A stretch of DNA of 64,000 nt from an uncultured delta proteobacterium (GTDB lineage Bacteria > Myxococcota > Myxococcia > Myxococcales > Anaeromyxobacteraceae), in the NCBI GenBank assembly GCA_963814585.1, contig CAWFDF010000004.1, positions 1 through 64,000 on the forward strand, read 5' to 3'. Both the position numbers and the translations under genes were made by a program. Below the pieces are notes generated by a model. It saw only the letters and a program-made list of their open reading frames with translations. It was not told where the DNA came from and ran no database searches. This document shows, in pieces, positions 63,193-64,000 of this stretch (positions are counted from its first letter, which is position 1; each line of letters opens with the position of its first letter).

Positions 63193-63233
63193 CGCCGTTC
63201 GGGCGCCGTTCGGGCGCGGTTCGGGCGCGGTCC
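63193..63233. repeat. 11-bp intergenic tandem repeat (~3.7 copies)
   Basis: CGCCGTTCGGG CGCCGTTCGGG CGCGGTTCGGG CGCGGTCC. Confidence 0.8.
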
Positions 63234-63252
63234 TCGCTCCCGTCACCTGGCC

Positions 63253-63862
63253 TCAGCCGGTGGTTGCGTCCCGGGTGACCAAAAGGGATTCCATCGGAAT
63301 ATCGATCGGGCCGTCGAGCGAGCCCTCGAACATCGGCGTGCCGGCAGGAATGGACGACGCGTGCCTGCCGAACCCGGCGGGCACCGACGCGACAACGCGG
63401 AACCGCACGTAGCGGCACCCCATCCGGTCAAGCCGCCTGGCGACGGGCCCCGGGACGTTGCCGGATTCCGCCACCAGGATGAGCTCCGGCCGATCAAGCT
63501 CGTAGATCCTGTCGTGGAACTGCATCCGGGCGTGACCGGCATTGAGCACGTTCCGGGCCCACTGTGACCCGACGCCCATCGGCGCAGGAATGAGCACGGT
63601 CTCGTCCCGCACGGTGGGATGGATCGGCGTGAAGTACGTGGTGCCGCTCGTCCGGCCGACGTGCTCCAGGGTGCCGATCTCCGCCGTCCCGCTCCCAGCG
63701 ACCCCGTGCTCCAGCAGCCAGGGGTTGACCTGGCCGTTCACGCGCTCGCGCAGCCAGGCGAACTGCTCGGCCGCAGGCTTCCGAAGCTCGCGGGAAAGGC
63801 GGTCCGCCGCGACACCCGATCGCCATTCCTGCCGTGAGCAGCGCTACCGCCTTCCTCACCAT
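63253..63862 (-). CDS. Split-barrel deazaflavin-dependent nitroreductase-like protein (apparent frameshift(s) at 63745-63815)
   Basis: LEHVGRTSGTTYFTP...GSQWARNVLNAG; N-terminus MVRKAVALLTAG with GGAGG RBS lies in another frame. Confidence 0.65.
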
Positions 63863-64000
63863 GTCGTGACCTCCTCCGCATCCGTGTCGTTCGGCCCATG
63901 GTGGTGCGCGCCGCGGCGGTGCACAGTGCCGATTTGACGAAACCGGACGGTCAAGGCGTTCGACCCCCCTTATCTACTACGCCCGGGCGACGGCGACTCC

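Noticed and set aside
1649..63862. Programmed frameshifting or mass pseudogenisation (mreD, cyclase, 50278, 51511, GGDEF/EAL, nitroreductase-like)
   Set aside because: Scattered single-base indels with no shared slippery motif, no in-frame stops noticed, and a housekeeping gene affected fit long-read consensus error better. Needs read-level confirmation.
63934..63954. TTGAC-N11-GTCAA inverted repeat near the window end
   Set aside because: Short arms, spacing matches no regulator I can name, and flanking context is truncated.

Overview
A very GC-rich bacterial chromosomal segment, probably close to the replication origin: parB (partial)-parA with two parS sites, then mreD-mrdA-rodA and rplU-rpmA-rpmE. 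Gene content, many apparently leaderless genes and protein style suggest a monoderm bacterium such as Chloroflexota (Limnocylindria-like); this is inference, not a database result. No rRNA, tRNA, CRISPR array, transposase, integrase or reverse transcriptase was seen. About eight genes, including mreD, carry single-base indels that look like long-read errors. The most unusual elements are: (1) a ~2640-aa secreted Ig-rich protein with a gingipain/C25-like His-Cys domain and 17 near-perfect GN[RPK]SYI repeats fitting the left-handed beta-helix pattern, lying just downstream of a soluble-adenylyl-cyclase-like (cyclase-cyclase-STAND-TPR) gene, with a CRP-like site between them; (2) an ApbE + ferric-reductase-like module with two coiled-coil proteins instead of a recognisable FMN-binding domain, next to a metal ABC/Fur operon and DsbA/VKOR; (3) ribosomal protein bL21 fused to two YegP/DUF1508 domains; (4) a GAF/GGDEF/EAL protein with two GGDEF domains. 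All family assignments come from motif recognition by eye; no searches were run.
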